Below, piece after piece: positions 18,534 through 33,030 of a stretch of DNA of 45,680 nucleotides. Where the stretch lies: sequence record OR544125.1. One strand, written 5' to 3'. A program made the translations under genes and the position numbers. Every line of letters begins with the position of its first letter. Positions within the stretch are counted from its first letter, which is position 1. Source of the DNA: Acinetobacter phage vB_AbaM_AB4P2. Under the pieces are notes generated by a model. That model did no database searches and was not told the origin of the DNA. It saw only the letters and a program-made list of their open reading frames with translations.

Positions 18534-18818
18534 ATGAACGAAACACTAAGGCAGGCCGCAGAGCAAGTTATAAACGGGACGACAGGACAGGTGATTGATA
18601 AGGCCGGATACGCTTCTATCGGCACTGGCATTGGCCTGAAAGTTGCAGAACAAACACCTGTCGCGCAGTCTTATTTTGAGGCTATGATTCCACAATCATT
18701 AACTGAATGGGCGGCAGTGGCGTCAATCCTAGGTGCGCTGTCTCTGGTAATAAAAAACCTCTTTGAAATGTGGTGGAAGGTACGGGAGTCGAAAAAAAAT
18801 GGCAGCACCAACACCTGA
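18534..18818 (+). CDS. Hypothetical protein with a C-terminal TM helix (94 aa).
   Basis: AAVASILGALSLVIKNLF is hydrophobic and is followed by a basic tail. Confidence 0.35.
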   Translation: MNETLRQAAEQVINGTTGQVIDKAGYASIGTGIGLKVAEQTPVAQSYFEAMIPQSLTEWAAVASILGALSLVIKNLFEMWWKVRESKKNGSTNT

Positions 18819-19191
18819 AGAATTAGTAAGCCAGATGGCATCCCGTGGAATGACCATCACCACGACGGATGCGTCTGGCATTCTGTGCCTTGTGGCATCA
18901 ATCAGCGAGTGCCTTGAACTGAACTATCCAAATGATGAATGCCGACAAAATGCGATCATGTTGTGGGCTTCAATCCTGATTAGCGCAAATACCGCCGGGC
19001 GCTACGTTACCAGTCAGAGCGCACCGTCTGGTGCATCGCAATCATTCGCGTATGGCAGTAAGCCGTGGGTGGCGCTGTACAATCAGATGAAACTACTGGA
19101 TACAGCAGGATGCACTGGCGATCTGGTGGAAGACCCTGACGGAAGCGGTAAGCCGTGGTTTTCTGTTGTGCGTGGGAGTAAGTGCAAATGA
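18799..19191 (+). CDS. Putative head-tail connector / head completion protein (130 aa).
   Basis: First of three small co-oriented genes between the head and tail modules. Positional inference only. The listed ORF starts at 18763. Confidence 0.35.
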   Translation: MAAPTPEELVSQMASRGMTITTTDASGILCLVASISECLELNYPNDECRQNAIMLWASILISANTAGRYVTSQSAPSGASQSFAYGSKPWVALYNQMKLLDTAGCTGDLVEDPDGSGKPWFSVVRGSKCK

Positions 19192-19529
19192 CTTCGCTGG
19201 CTAACTGGAGCTACACGCAACCATGCACCATCTGGCACAAAAGCGGCACCGACAAGTACGGCAAGCCGACTTTTGGCGCGCCAGTAAGTATCATGTGCGA
19301 TTATGGCTTTAATGATGATGTATCTACCGATGCGAAAGGCAATGAGATTGTGCAGAAGAACACCTTCTGGACAGAATACACTGACGCCAAGGTTGGTGAT
19401 TACATCATGATTGGCACGGTGACAGAGGTTGACCCGCTGGTGGCTGGCGCAAATCAGATTCTGAATGTGATTAACTATGGCAATACGTTCAATCGCGCTG
19501 AGCCGCCTGACTTTGCACTGGTGACATAA
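19182..19529 (+). CDS. Putative head-tail adaptor / head closure protein (115 aa).
   Basis: Overlapping start and stop with its neighbours. Positional inference only. Confidence 0.35.
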   Translation: MQMTSLANWSYTQPCTIWHKSGTDKYGKPTFGAPVSIMCDYGFNDDVSTDAKGNEIVQKNTFWTEYTDAKVGDYIMIGTVTEVDPLVAGANQILNVINYGNTFNRAEPPDFALVT

Positions 19530-19927
19530 TGCCAGCGAAATTAAGAGGCGTCAGGCAGGCCGTAGAAAGAACATCGCAAATTGTGGACGAGATAATCGCC
19601 ACGAAAGCTGTGCGTGCAATCAAGTCAGCGACATACATCATCCGAACCGAATCAGCCACGCTAACGCCAATTGATACTTCAACGCTGATTAACAGCCAGT
19701 TTGATACCGTGGAAGTCAGCGGAACTCGAATCACTGGCAAAGTTGGCTACTCTGCAAAATATGCTCTGTACGTTCACAATGCAAGCGGTAAACTTACAGG
19801 TAAACCACGCAGTAACGGCAATGGTACATACTGGTCGCCTAATGCTGAACCTAGATTCTTAACAAAGGCTGCCGATAAAACTCGCAGCCTCGTTGATTCA
19901 GTGATAAAAAAAGAAATGAAGATTTAG
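19529..19927 (+). CDS. Tail completion protein, HK97 gp10-like family.
   Basis: VGYSAKYALYVHNASGKLTGK fits my recollection of the gp10-family core. Correct position in the neck gene block. Confidence 0.45.
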   Translation: MPAKLRGVRQAVERTSQIVDEIIATKAVRAIKSATYIIRTESATLTPIDTSTLINSQFDTVEVSGTRITGKVGYSAKYALYVHNASGKLTGKPRSNGNGTYWSPNAEPRFLTKAADKTRSLVDSVIKKEMKI

Positions 19928-20415
19928 CCGTGGTTTGCGAACTCCAAAAACAGTTCATCTACTTTTTTGCAATAGGCTTTATGGGCGGCTTCTTTGTCTG
20001 AAAACCTACCAAGATGATAGCTTTTCCCATGCATCTTTACCGTGGCTCTCCATTTTCCAGTGTACTTGCAAAAATGAACTCCTTTATATCCAGACGTGTT
20101 TGATTTAGATATCTTTGTGTTCCTTGCGTTCTCGCAGTCACTGGCCTCCCTCAGGTTTGAAATTCTATTGTCATCACGAATATTGTTTATGTGATCAATT
20201 TCATGCTCAGGGACATATCCATAATGGATAAACCAAGCCACTCGGTGCGCCCTTAATCTTTTCTTCCCAAGTGTTATGTATCCTGCGTCGTTGTGATAAT
20301 TTGCAATATCACCTTTTGATATTTTCCCGCAACTTACAGCCCAGGTGAACAATCCGGTAATCGGGTCGTATTTAACTCTTGACGCGATTGCTATGTAATC
20401 CCGCTCTGAAATCAT
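19924..20415 (-). CDS. HNH (HNH_3) plus AP2-domain homing endonuclease. Paralogue of 16183..16677.
   Basis: IDHINNIRDDNRISNLREASDCENARN and SGYKGVHFCKYTGKWRATV. It is antisense and wedged between tail-completion genes. Confidence 0.8.
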   Translation of the reverse strand: MISERDYIAIASRVKYDPITGLFTWAVSCGKISKGDIANYHNDAGYITLGKKRLRAHRVAWFIHYGYVPEHEIDHINNIRDDNRISNLREASDCENARNTKISKSNTSGYKGVHFCKYTGKWRATVKMHGKSYHLGRFSDKEAAHKAYCKKVDELFLEFANHG

Positions 20416-20585
20416 TTACTCACTCCAAAAGGGAAACGCCCCTGTCAGGTGGAACATGGTTGCAACAAACCATACTGACAAGGGCGTTAAATTCATTGTT
20501 GCCTGTGTGTCGTTTCGGGTTCCACGCCTACGTGACATAGGTAGTGTATGATATGTGCATCGATATTGCAATATTGGGGTTTAAT

Positions 20586-20960
20586 ATGAACATGCTTGAG
20601 CTGGTTGATGCGTACCTTCAGGATGCTGGATTGTATGATGGCTGGACTTCGCAGTTGCAGTTCTGGAACGACACCGGAGATGGTAGTGAGCAATTTATTG
20701 TCCTGCAATCCAACGGCGGCACGCAGGTGATGGATGGACTTGGTGGTGACTTCTATTTCTCGCTGTACGTTGTCGGCAAACATGGGCAGTATAACGTGGC
20801 TGATGTTGATGCGAAGGCCAATGAGATTATCGAATACATCAAGACGCATCCGATTGACTCATGCGTTAACTACATTCAGTTGCAAGCGCCACTCGGAAGG
20901 CCGATGCTGACGGAAGAAAAAAGACCAGTGCATGAGTTGCTTTTGCGGGTCGTGAAATAA
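20586..20960 (+). CDS. Putative tail terminator / minor tail component (about 124 aa).
   Basis: Positional inference. The listed ORF starts at 20544 and the ATG at 20586 (MNMLELV) is used here. A terminator follows. Confidence 0.35.
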   Translation: MNMLELVDAYLQDAGLYDGWTSQLQFWNDTGDGSEQFIVLQSNGGTQVMDGLGGDFYFSLYVVGKHGQYNVADVDAKANEIIEYIKTHPIDSCVNYIQLQAPLGRPMLTEEKRPVHELLLRVVK

Positions 20961-20963
20961 ATA

Positions 20964-20990
20964 AAGCCGCACTTGGCGGCCTTATTACTG
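20964..20990. terminator. Weak bidirectional terminator.
   Basis: GC stem gccgc / gcggc followed by cttattactggttt. Confidence 0.4.
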
Positions 20991-21014
20991 GTTTAAGCAT
21001 TGCCAGCGTGCTCT

Positions 21015-21080
21015 CTTAACATCCAGCCCCGTAACCCATACATACCCCTACATATGATTGCGATAATGCTGGATGTTAAG
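21015..21080. repeat. 13-bp perfect inverted repeat separated by a 40-nt loop, inside a 567-bp non-coding gap.
   Basis: cttaacatccagc (21015-21027) pairs with gctggatgttaag (21068-21080). Further hairpins lie at about 21100-21135 and at 21170-21204 (cttgccg / cggcaag). Confidence 0.6.
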
Positions 21081-21467
21081 TGTTGTGGCTCTGGTGCCTC
21101 CAGATTGCTGGTCGGTAAATCCAGCAGGCAATCCCAAAACAAATGGAGTGTTTCTTTACCTTGCCGCGTGCGCATAGCCGCATTACCACAACGGCAAGAG
21201 CACTGCGCGGCACCTTTCACCAAATCCGCGAGGTCTACGGGTTCAATGCTCTTTCCTGTTATGTTCCCTGATTTATTAATCACACCTCAGGGACGCAGTG
21301 CGCCGAATTTGTTTACAAGGAATCGGAAGACCTTGCTGACTTACAGGCTATTACGCCGCCATCAGAACAACATCATCGTTTGCATTTATCTTTGTGGTCA
21401 GTTTCTAAAAAGTCCGCAAAGTCGCTCACGAAAACTATCTGAAATACAATCTACACCACAAAATAAT

Positions 21468-21498
21468 CACTGTCAACACCTGTGATATAATCACCACG
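21468..21498 (+). promoter_or_regulatory. Extended -10 sigma70-type promoter for the major tail gene. It shares its sequence with the promoter at 23215-23245.
   Basis: tgtcaacacc followed by TGaTATAAT (TG at 21483-21484, hexamer 21486-21491). The ATG is at 21528. Confidence 0.55.
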
Positions 21499-21527
21499 TT
21501 AGCAGCTAACACAATTCGGAGATCGAA

Positions 21528-22244
21528 ATGGCTATTTGTGCAAATGATAAAGGCGTTCTGGTCGGTCGCATGACTCGACTGTTCCTTGCTGAAGGTTGCG
21601 GTGACGCAGTTCCGGATGCAGAAGACTGGAAATATTTAGGCTCAACCACCAGTAAAGGTGTGGACTACTCACCGCAGACTACCACGTCGGAAGCTGATAC
21701 AGCTGGCGGTTTTGTTTCCACTCTCGTTACCAGCTCTGATATGACCATCAGTGCAGAAGTGGAAATCCGCAAGAATGACCCGAGCGATGAGTTTGGTTTC
21801 CATCGTCTGGTTGAGATTTACACCACTGAACTGAAAGCGCGTCGCCAGCCTTCCTTGTGGGTGCGCGAGGTGACTGGTGCGACTATCGTGACCGCGTACT
21901 GCAACATTACCAGCATCAGCTACGAAGGTGGCACAAACGACATCGTTACTGGCAGCCTTGAGTTTAAGGTTTACGATTCTGACAGCGTTACCGTAGAAAG
22001 CCTTGAACCTCTGGCATTCACTACCGACCTGCAGTCAACTGGTAGCACTGGCAGTCCGTTAACTGTTGCTGTTGAAGGCGGTGTCTCTCCTTACACCTAT
22101 GTGTGGCGTAAAGATGGCGCGGTAGTTGGTGGTGAATCTGGCGCATCTCTGGCAAGCCCTACTGCTGGCGTGTATACCGTAACGGTGACTGACTCATCTA
22201 CTGACCCGGAAATTATTATCAGCACGGCTTGCACTGTGTCCTGA
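21528..22244 (+). CDS. Major tail protein with a C-terminal Ig-like (Big_2-type) domain.
   Basis: The C-terminal PLTVAVEGGVSPYTYVWRKDGAVVGG...AGVYTVTVTD is an Ig-like motif. It lies upstream of the chaperone and tape measure. A strong terminator follows. Confidence 0.65.
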   Translation: MAICANDKGVLVGRMTRLFLAEGCGDAVPDAEDWKYLGSTTSKGVDYSPQTTTSEADTAGGFVSTLVTSSDMTISAEVEIRKNDPSDEFGFHRLVEIYTTELKARRQPSLWVREVTGATIVTAYCNITSISYEGGTNDIVTGSLEFKVYDSDSVTVESLEPLAFTTDLQSTGSTGSPLTVAVEGGVSPYTYVWRKDGAVVGGESGASLASPTAGVYTVTVTDSSTDPEIIISTACTVS

Positions 22245-22249
22245 TAAAG

Positions 22250-22280
22250 AAAAAGCCCCGAAAGGGGCTTTGTTTTATTC
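22250..22280. terminator. Bidirectional terminator.
   Basis: aaagccccgaaaggggctttgttttatt. Confidence 0.7.
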
Positions 22281-22475
22281 TTGCGGTGGCTCTGGTGTAT
22301 TGGCCCAATGGGTAGCTGGAATGCCGTGACAGCGGTCCAATTCACTAACAAATATCTTGCTTCCAATTCCATCGACTGTTTTGCATACTGCTGTTCTAAC
22401 AACACCACGAAACGACGTGAGAACCATTTGACCTTCTTCAGGCATCCTATCACTGCACTTAATCCACTGGCTCAT
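22275..22475 (-). CDS. DUF551-family protein (66 aa).
   Basis: WIKCSDRMPEEGQMVL...IPATHWANTPEPP fits the DUF551 pattern (W...d.lP..g..VL ... THWmPLPePP). Confidence 0.45.
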   Translation of the reverse strand: MSQWIKCSDRMPEEGQMVLTSFRGVVRTAVCKTVDGIGSKIFVSELDRCHGIPATHWANTPEPPQE

Positions 22476-22825
22476 AATTTATCCTCATTCATTTTCAGGA
22501 AGACGATCATGGCGGCGCGGAGAGGGTTTTTATCTTGAGTAAAATGGTATGGCTTATCATCATCGCCAATCTTTCTGTGCGCAGCTTTCCACAATCCATT
22601 ATCTGGTGCTGGAATAGTGCCGATTCTGTTTTCAATAATAATAGGTTCAGCATCTGCTGGGTTGTTGCATGGGTCAAACTTTCGCTTAATGTTCTTTTCA
22701 TCAAAAAAGAAAAAGCCATCTGAACTGATATGAGCTAACCCTCCGTTGGGGCAAAGATTGCCACTCACAAAAAAGAAAACCTTTTGCGCTATTTGTGAAT
22801 CACTCATGTCTTCATAATTTTTCAT
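22472..22825 (-). CDS. Hypothetical protein (117 aa).
   Basis: ORF within the minus-strand island, with an overlapping stop/start. Confidence 0.4.
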   Translation of the reverse strand: MKNYEDMSDSQIAQKVFFFVSGNLCPNGGLAHISSDGFFFFDEKNIKRKFDPCNNPADAEPIIIENRIGTIPAPDNGLWKAAHRKIGDDDKPYHFTQDKNPLRAAMIVFLKMNEDKL

Positions 22826-22827
22826 AT

Positions 22828-22968
22828 CACCTTATCCTCATCAAAAATCACACCAATCACACGAAGCAAGTCTTTCGCCATCTGTTCCGCTTCTTCGTAG
22901 TCGTAACCCGCATCAACATACAGTTCAGTGTAGAAAATCAGGTCAGCTTTCGTTTGTTCGTTCATTTC
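22828..22968 (-). CDS. Hypothetical acidic small protein (46 aa, MNEQTKADLIFYTELYVDAGYDYEEAEQ...).
   Basis: Short ORF filling the gap between 22825 and 22962. It was not in the ORF track. Confidence 0.25.
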
Positions 22969-23156
22969 TTGTCGCCACTGTTAACTAATGCCCAGACAAG
23001 TGCTGCAACCCAGCCAATAAAACTCCATCCTACAAGAATATTCAGCACACAGATTGCTGTCGTATTTGTGTGCTTTCTTTGCAATGCCACAAATGATGGG
23101 AGAAGATAAGCAAATACAACCAATCCAGCGAAAAGAAATAAAATAACAACATCCAT
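22962..23156 (-). CDS. Superinfection immunity (Imm_superinfect family) membrane protein.
   Basis: YLLPSFVALQRKHTNTTAICVLNILVGWSFIGWVAALVWALV matches the family pattern lP.iiA..rkh.n..aIf.lNlllGWtfiGWiaALiWA. It has two TM helices. Confidence 0.6.
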   Translation of the reverse strand: MDVVILFLFAGLVVFAYLLPSFVALQRKHTNTTAICVLNILVGWSFIGWVAALVWALVNSGDKK

Positions 23157-23191
23157 AACTCACCTCAGTCATATCTCGTTTAGATGATTTG

Positions 23192-23240
23192 AATCTACAT
23201 CACCACCTCGCAGGTGTCAACACCACTGAGATGATATAAT
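23192..23240. promoter_or_regulatory. Divergent promoter region: a minus-oriented motif copy and a plus-strand extended -10 promoter.
   Basis: aatctacatca (23192-23202, reverse complement tgatgtagatt) lies 36 bp upstream of the Imm start. tgtcaacacc...TGaTATAAT (hexamer 23235-23240) lies upstream of 23261. Confidence 0.5.
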
Positions 23241-23260
23241 CAACATCAGTCAAATTCAGG

Positions 23261-23977
23261 ATGCAAAACATGAGCAATCGCACGCCACTAACAGAAATCG
23301 GAGAGATGCGCATTTCGCTTTCTGACAGGAGTTTTTTCTTTAAGCCATCATTCCGCGCCATGAATGAAATCGGCACACCAAAAGAAATCGTCGAGGTGTA
23401 CGCTAAGCTCAATGGCATTGATTATGTTGCGCCATTGCAGCAGGTAGAATACCTGCCATTCGGCGCGCAGATGCAGGTTATGAAAACCATCAGCAAGCCT
23501 GTGTATGGTCGCCATGTGCTGAGTGCGGCCTATATCGTTATGCAATCATGCTGCGAAGATGATATTTCAGTGCTGATTGGTGGGTGGAAGCCAACGCCGC
23601 GCGGTGTTCGATATGTTCCGGGAGTAATGCCAGTGAGCGACATTATTATTATTGCGCGCAACCTGATGCAGCACGGCGTCATTGGCAAATCCCCACTCAA
23701 GGTGCCTGAACGGCTGGAAGAGCAGGGAAAGAAAACCACAAACGAGTTTCATGCGTCGCAATACATCATCTCAGCACGCACGCATTTCGACATGACGCGC
23801 GATGATGCCGAAAACCTGTCCATGACAGAGTTTCAGATGATGATTAAGAATAAATATCCAGAGCCGAAAGGGTTAACGAAAGAAGAGCGCGCGGCAGAGT
23901 ACGATCAGGCTAAAGCAGACCGTGAGCGCATGAAGGCACTGGCTGAACGCAAAGCGAAAAAAGCGAGGAATACATAA
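23261..23977 (+). CDS. Tail assembly chaperone (gpG/GT-like position), 238 aa.
   Basis: It lies directly upstream of the tape measure and overlaps it (TAATG). The basic Lys/Ala-rich C-terminus is typical. Confidence 0.5.
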   Translation: MQNMSNRTPLTEIGEMRISLSDRSFFFKPSFRAMNEIGTPKEIVEVYAKLNGIDYVAPLQQVEYLPFGAQMQVMKTISKPVYGRHVLSAAYIVMQSCCEDDISVLIGGWKPTPRGVRYVPGVMPVSDIIIIARNLMQHGVIGKSPLKVPERLEEQGKKTTNEFHASQYIISARTHFDMTRDDAENLSMTEFQMMIKNKYPEPKGLTKEERAAEYDQAKADRERMKALAERKAKKARNT

Positions 23978-26345
23978 TGGCTGAAGAAGTCGGCGGAATT
24001 GTCTATGAAGTCGGGATGGATGTTAAAGGCCTGAAAGCTGGCGCTACAACAGCCAATAAGACCTTAGATGACCTTGAATCATCAACCAACAAAACCACAG
24101 GCGCGCTTGGCAAGCTGGATAAAAACGCCAGAAATGCTGGCAGCGGAATGAAGAATGCTGGCGGCGCAGCTTCAGGGCTAAAAACGCAGATGACGGCTCT
24201 TGCTGGCGCAATATCCGTGTCACTGATTATCGAATGGGGAAAGCGATTCCTTGATGTTGCCGATAACATGACACAACTTCAGGCAAGGATTGCTCGCTTG
24301 TCAACTGATGCGAAAACCGCGAACGAAACATTCAGTACACTGGCAAATATAGCCTCAACAACTGGCGCAAGCCTCAGTGACACTACGAAGCTATGGGAAA
24401 CATTAACTTCATCACTGAAAGAGGCAGGCGCGACAAATGCGCAGGTTCTTAACCTTACCGATACCCTGCAAAAAATAGGTAGAATCGGCGGGTCATCAAC
24501 TGAGGAAATGGCTAACGCCCTGCGCCAGTTTGGTCAGTCAATCGCATCAGGCACAGTACGCGCTGAAGAATTTAACTCCATCCTTGAGCAGATGCCTGAA
24601 CTTGCGCGCCAGATAGCCGCTGGTCTTGGTATTTCAATGGGTGAACTCCGCGCCAGAATGCTTGACGGGAAACTGACAGCAGAAGATGCACTCAATGCAA
24701 TTCAGGACAGAACAAGCGTCGTCAATGCTGAATTCGCAAAGCTACCGCGCTCTATATCTCAGGCAACCGGTAGTCTTGAAACATCATTTGCAAAAATGAT
24801 AGCAAGCATAAACGACGCAACAGGAGCCAGTTCTACCTTTGTTTCAGTTATTGACTCTATTACCTCAGCAATCAACAGACTAACTGGTCAGACTATAGGT
24901 GCAGCAGAGGTTATTTCTGATTTGACATCAACAGCAGAAATGTTCAGTCGTAGAGCAAGAACATGGTCATGGATTGGAATTGATGGTTGGGCTGCGCAGA
25001 ATCAGGCCATAGCGGCGGTAGCAAATCAGGCAGCCACATTGGTCGCGGATATGGATGCTGTCACCAAATCGACAGGAGAGGCGGCAAAGGCGCAAGCGCA
25101 CTTGACAGTGCCAAAAGCAGCAGAGAAAGAGAAAAAGAAAAAAGGAAAAAGCGCCGAAGAACGACAAGCTGAATCAGTAGCTGAAAAGCTGGAGAAACTA
25201 CGCCAGCAAACCATGCTCAATGCCACATCTACCAGCGAACTCTCCCGCGAGCAAGCCATCCTCAACGCGCAGCAATCGCTTGGCAAGGCTGCCACTCAGG
25301 AGCAAATAAAACTGGCCGGCGAGTACGCTGCCAAAATTTGGGACCAGAAGAATGCATTGAAGGAACAGGCAGCGGCGGAGAAGGAAAGGCAGCAACTGGA
25401 AAACTCATTCATCGACCTGCGCAAGAAAGCGTCAGCACTAACTGGAATTGAAGACCAATATGCCACGGACATGGCAAACCTGAAGCAGTACGCAGCAATG
25501 TATCCAGAAGAGATAAAAAGAGTTGAACAGGTAAGAGCAGGGATAGAAGCACAATACCGCCAGCAGCGAATGGATGCCATGTGGCAGGAATGGCAGCAGC
25601 AAAGCCTCGGGGCGCAATTGTTCGGCACGGCGCTTGATTCAGCGATGAGCACAGCATCAAACAGCATCACCGGATTACTTACCGGAGCGATGAGCGTAGA
25701 AGATGCCATGCGCAGTCTCGGCTCTACGGTGCTGAACTCTCTGGTAAACAGCTTTGTTGAAATGGGCGTGCAGTGGGTTAAATCTGCTGTTATGGGTCAA
25801 ACTGCACAGGTTGCGGCTACGGCTACCACCACAGCGGCGCAAACAGCAGGTCTGGCAACAACAACAGCGGCATCGACGGCGGCGGCAGCCACCACTACCG
25901 CAGCATGGACTCCAGCGGCAATCGTAGCATCAATCGGCTCGTTTGGTGGTGCGGCTGCAATTGGTGTAGGTGCTGTCCTCGGGGCACTGGCAATGGGTAT
26001 TGCTGGCAAGCGAAAAAATGGTGGTCCTGTTAGCGCCGGAAGTATGTACGAAGTTGGCGAAAATGGCTTACCTGAGATATTCCAGGCGTCCAATGGTCGC
26101 CAGTATATGATTCCAGGTAACGATGGCTCCGTTATCAGCAACAAAGACCTTACCGGAGGTGGCAGTGGCGTTGTGGTTTATAATAACGTGATAAATAACA
26201 GCTCAGCGCAGGTTAGCAGCAGCGCCAGAGATAATGGTGACGGAAGTGTGACAATTGAGACGATTGTGAGTGATATCGAAAACAACGGCCCTATCGGGCA
26301 AAGCATTGGAAGAAACTACTCAGCAAGCCGGAGGGCAACAGAATA

Positions 26346-26346
<1 letters not shown>
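23977..26346 (+). CDS. Tail tape measure protein (789 aa).
   Basis: Long alpha-helical, Ala/Gln-rich protein in the canonical position. The central Ala/Thr low-complexity tract and C-terminal Gly-rich region are typical of TMPs. Confidence 0.85.
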
Positions 26347-31062
<4,716 letters not shown>

Positions 31063-31101
31063 TACAATATACATCAAATCCACAAAGGAGCATTTATTAT
31101 A

Positions 31102-32994
31102 ATGGCTACCACACCAACTAATAAACCAATTCCGTCAGAAGACCCGCGCGACCTCAAGTTTAACGCAGGGAAAATCGACGAGGTGGTAACATCTAACGCG
31201 CATTACTACACCGACCGCTTCGGAGTTCGCCGCTGGACAATTGCTGGCTTCCAATACACCGCAGAAGAAGCTATCCGTAACTACGGCTACATCACAATGG
31301 ATAGTTTCGAAGATGGCTCGACACTGACATTACCAAATCAGGTGTTGCGATATAAAGCTACTGGTGAGTATTACCGTTGGGATGGCGAATTTCCTAAAAC
31401 TGTTTCTGCCGCTTCAACTCCTGAAACTTCCGGCGGGGTTGGTTTGGGTGCGTGGGTTGGTGTAGGTGATGCATCATTACGAGCAGATTTATCGTCAAAG
31501 AATGGAATAAAATTAATAGGAGGCGACCTTGAATCATACGGAGCAGATGCTTCTGGATCAATTCCATGTGACAACCAACTTTCACAAATGCTAGCTGATA
31601 AAAAATTCATAGTTAACTCTGGTACTTACCTAATAACATCATCTCATGAGGTTGATATTTCATCCCTTGAATATATCGAGGTTGGCCCGGACGTTGAATT
31701 TATCATTAGAAGCAATATCAACGGATTTATATTTAAGAATCCAAACGCCAATTTCGACGCAAACGGAATGCGGATAACCGTAGATATCCCGGGCGGTGGG
31801 TACACTGGAATAGCCTTAACTTTAAGAGGTAGCAAATACTACACCGGACCTTCTAATCTTGGGCGATTAACCCAGAAGAATAAATTCGGTCCTTTTTACG
31901 TGTTTAACCGACAAGGAGCCGTTAAACAAGAATCTGCTTCTACTCCTGTTACCGATGAGGGGTACGGCTTCTCTATAGACTGCAACTCAGCAGATGAAGA
32001 AATACTGATATGGAACGAAGTTGATGTCTCATCCACTGGGTTTACTGTGGCTCATGCAATAGGCGTAGGAACAAATCCACTTAACTTTATTTCATCTCTT
32101 GACCTTAAGTTGGTAGCCTGGTTCAGTACATATCATTTCAGGGATACCAGCATCCCGCAATCTGGTGGCAACGTAGCTGGAGGAATTGGTGATGTGCATG
32201 TGCGATTACAATCACAACCTCACGCTCAGATGGTTAAGGTTGTGCATATGGAACACGCGCCTGGATTTATGAGTGGCTGCCGATTTGACCTATCAATCTG
32301 GGATCCTAACGCCTACGGCTATACCTCTAATGTGGTCGATGCATCCGTGACAAACGAATATACAAATACTATGGAGCGGAAATCCTACCCGTTAACTCGA
32401 GTGCTGAATATGGTAGATGGTAGTATATTCCCGGTAGTGAATTACACCAGTAGTATCCAGCAGTCGGATATACTTTCCAGTAGTGACCCTGAGCTGGCTA
32501 AGTACTTGTACCTGTCAACAGTAACTCCAGAAATGACGGTGCTACAGGCGTGTAATGCCATTAAAACATGGTGTAACGAAAATAACATCCGTAATAATTT
32601 TGAATTCAAAGTGTTTTTAGGTGACTCTACCGTCGATATACGTAACGTTTTTCTCCCGTGGATAACAGCTATAGGTGACTACTCCGGATACTTACATCTA
32701 TATGCTACTTTTTACAATGGCATTATAAATACAGTGCGTGTCGAGTACGAGGTTAATCCTATAACCAGCGGTGGAAAGACAGAGAAACACGAAATATTAT
32801 GGACAAACACAACAGGTCTTGTGTCGCATCGCCTGATTGAGTACTCATTCGGCACCACTGCTGAGATAAAAAGCAAGGTAGCCATACAGACAAAAGGGTT
32901 CACAACTTTCGACTCTACTTTTAACATACCTGTTTGGTATAATGGAAATAATTCATGGCTTAAAGCAGACGGTTCTGTGGCATATTCTATTTAA
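31102..32994 (+). CDS. Tailspike / receptor-binding protein (630 aa). Probable beta-helix depolymerase body behind a conserved N-terminal head-binding domain.
   Basis: The N-terminus MATTPTNKPIPSEDPRDLKFNAGKIDEVVTS...RRWTIAGF resembles the conserved tailspike/fibre N-termini of Jersey- and K1G-like phages, from memory. It is the last structural gene and is followed by a strong terminator. Confidence 0.6.
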   Translation: MATTPTNKPIPSEDPRDLKFNAGKIDEVVTSNAHYYTDRFGVRRWTIAGFQYTAEEAIRNYGYITMDSFEDGSTLTLPNQVLRYKATGEYYRWDGEFPKTVSAASTPETSGGVGLGAWVGVGDASLRADLSSKNGIKLIGGDLESYGADASGSIPCDNQLSQMLADKKFIVNSGTYLITSSHEVDISSLEYIEVGPDVEFIIRSNINGFIFKNPNANFDANGMRITVDIPGGGYTGIALTLRGSKYYTGPSNLGRLTQKNKFGPFYVFNRQGAVKQESASTPVTDEGYGFSIDCNSADEEILIWNEVDVSSTGFTVAHAIGVGTNPLNFISSLDLKLVAWFSTYHFRDTSIPQSGGNVAGGIGDVHVRLQSQPHAQMVKVVHMEHAPGFMSGCRFDLSIWDPNAYGYTSNVVDASVTNEYTNTMERKSYPLTRVLNMVDGSIFPVVNYTSSIQQSDILSSSDPELAKYLYLSTVTPEMTVLQACNAIKTWCNENNIRNNFEFKVFLGDSTVDIRNVFLPWITAIGDYSGYLHLYATFYNGIINTVRVEYEVNPITSGGKTEKHEILWTNTTGLVSHRLIEYSFGTTAEIKSKVAIQTKGFTTFDSTFNIPVWYNGNNSWLKADGSVAYSI

Positions 32995-33030
32995 GTCATG
33001 GAATATTATTTAAATGGATTGTGAATTGAG

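Noticed and set aside
20993-21485. A 161-aa plus ORF (21000..21485) and a 96-aa minus ORF (20993..21283) that would fill the 567-bp gap.
   Set aside because: The plus ORF is Cys/Arg/Ser/Pro-rich, low-complexity and non-protein-like. The minus ORF needs a GTG start with no usable RBS. The region is treated as non-coding or structured RNA instead.
23951-23980. A-run (gcgaaaaaagcg) near the 3' end of the tail chaperone gene considered as a -1 programmed frameshift site giving a G-T fusion.
   Set aside because: The run is not a canonical X_XXY_YYZ heptamer in the zero frame. The -1 frame hits TAA at 23974 within a few codons, so no extended product results.
24003-26144. Multiple long antisense and alternative-frame ORFs inside the tape measure gene (for example 25296..25709 minus, 25797..26144 minus).
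   Set aside because: They are artefacts of the Ala/Gly/Thr-rich, GC-skewed TMP coding sequence. All are nested in the 789-aa ORF.
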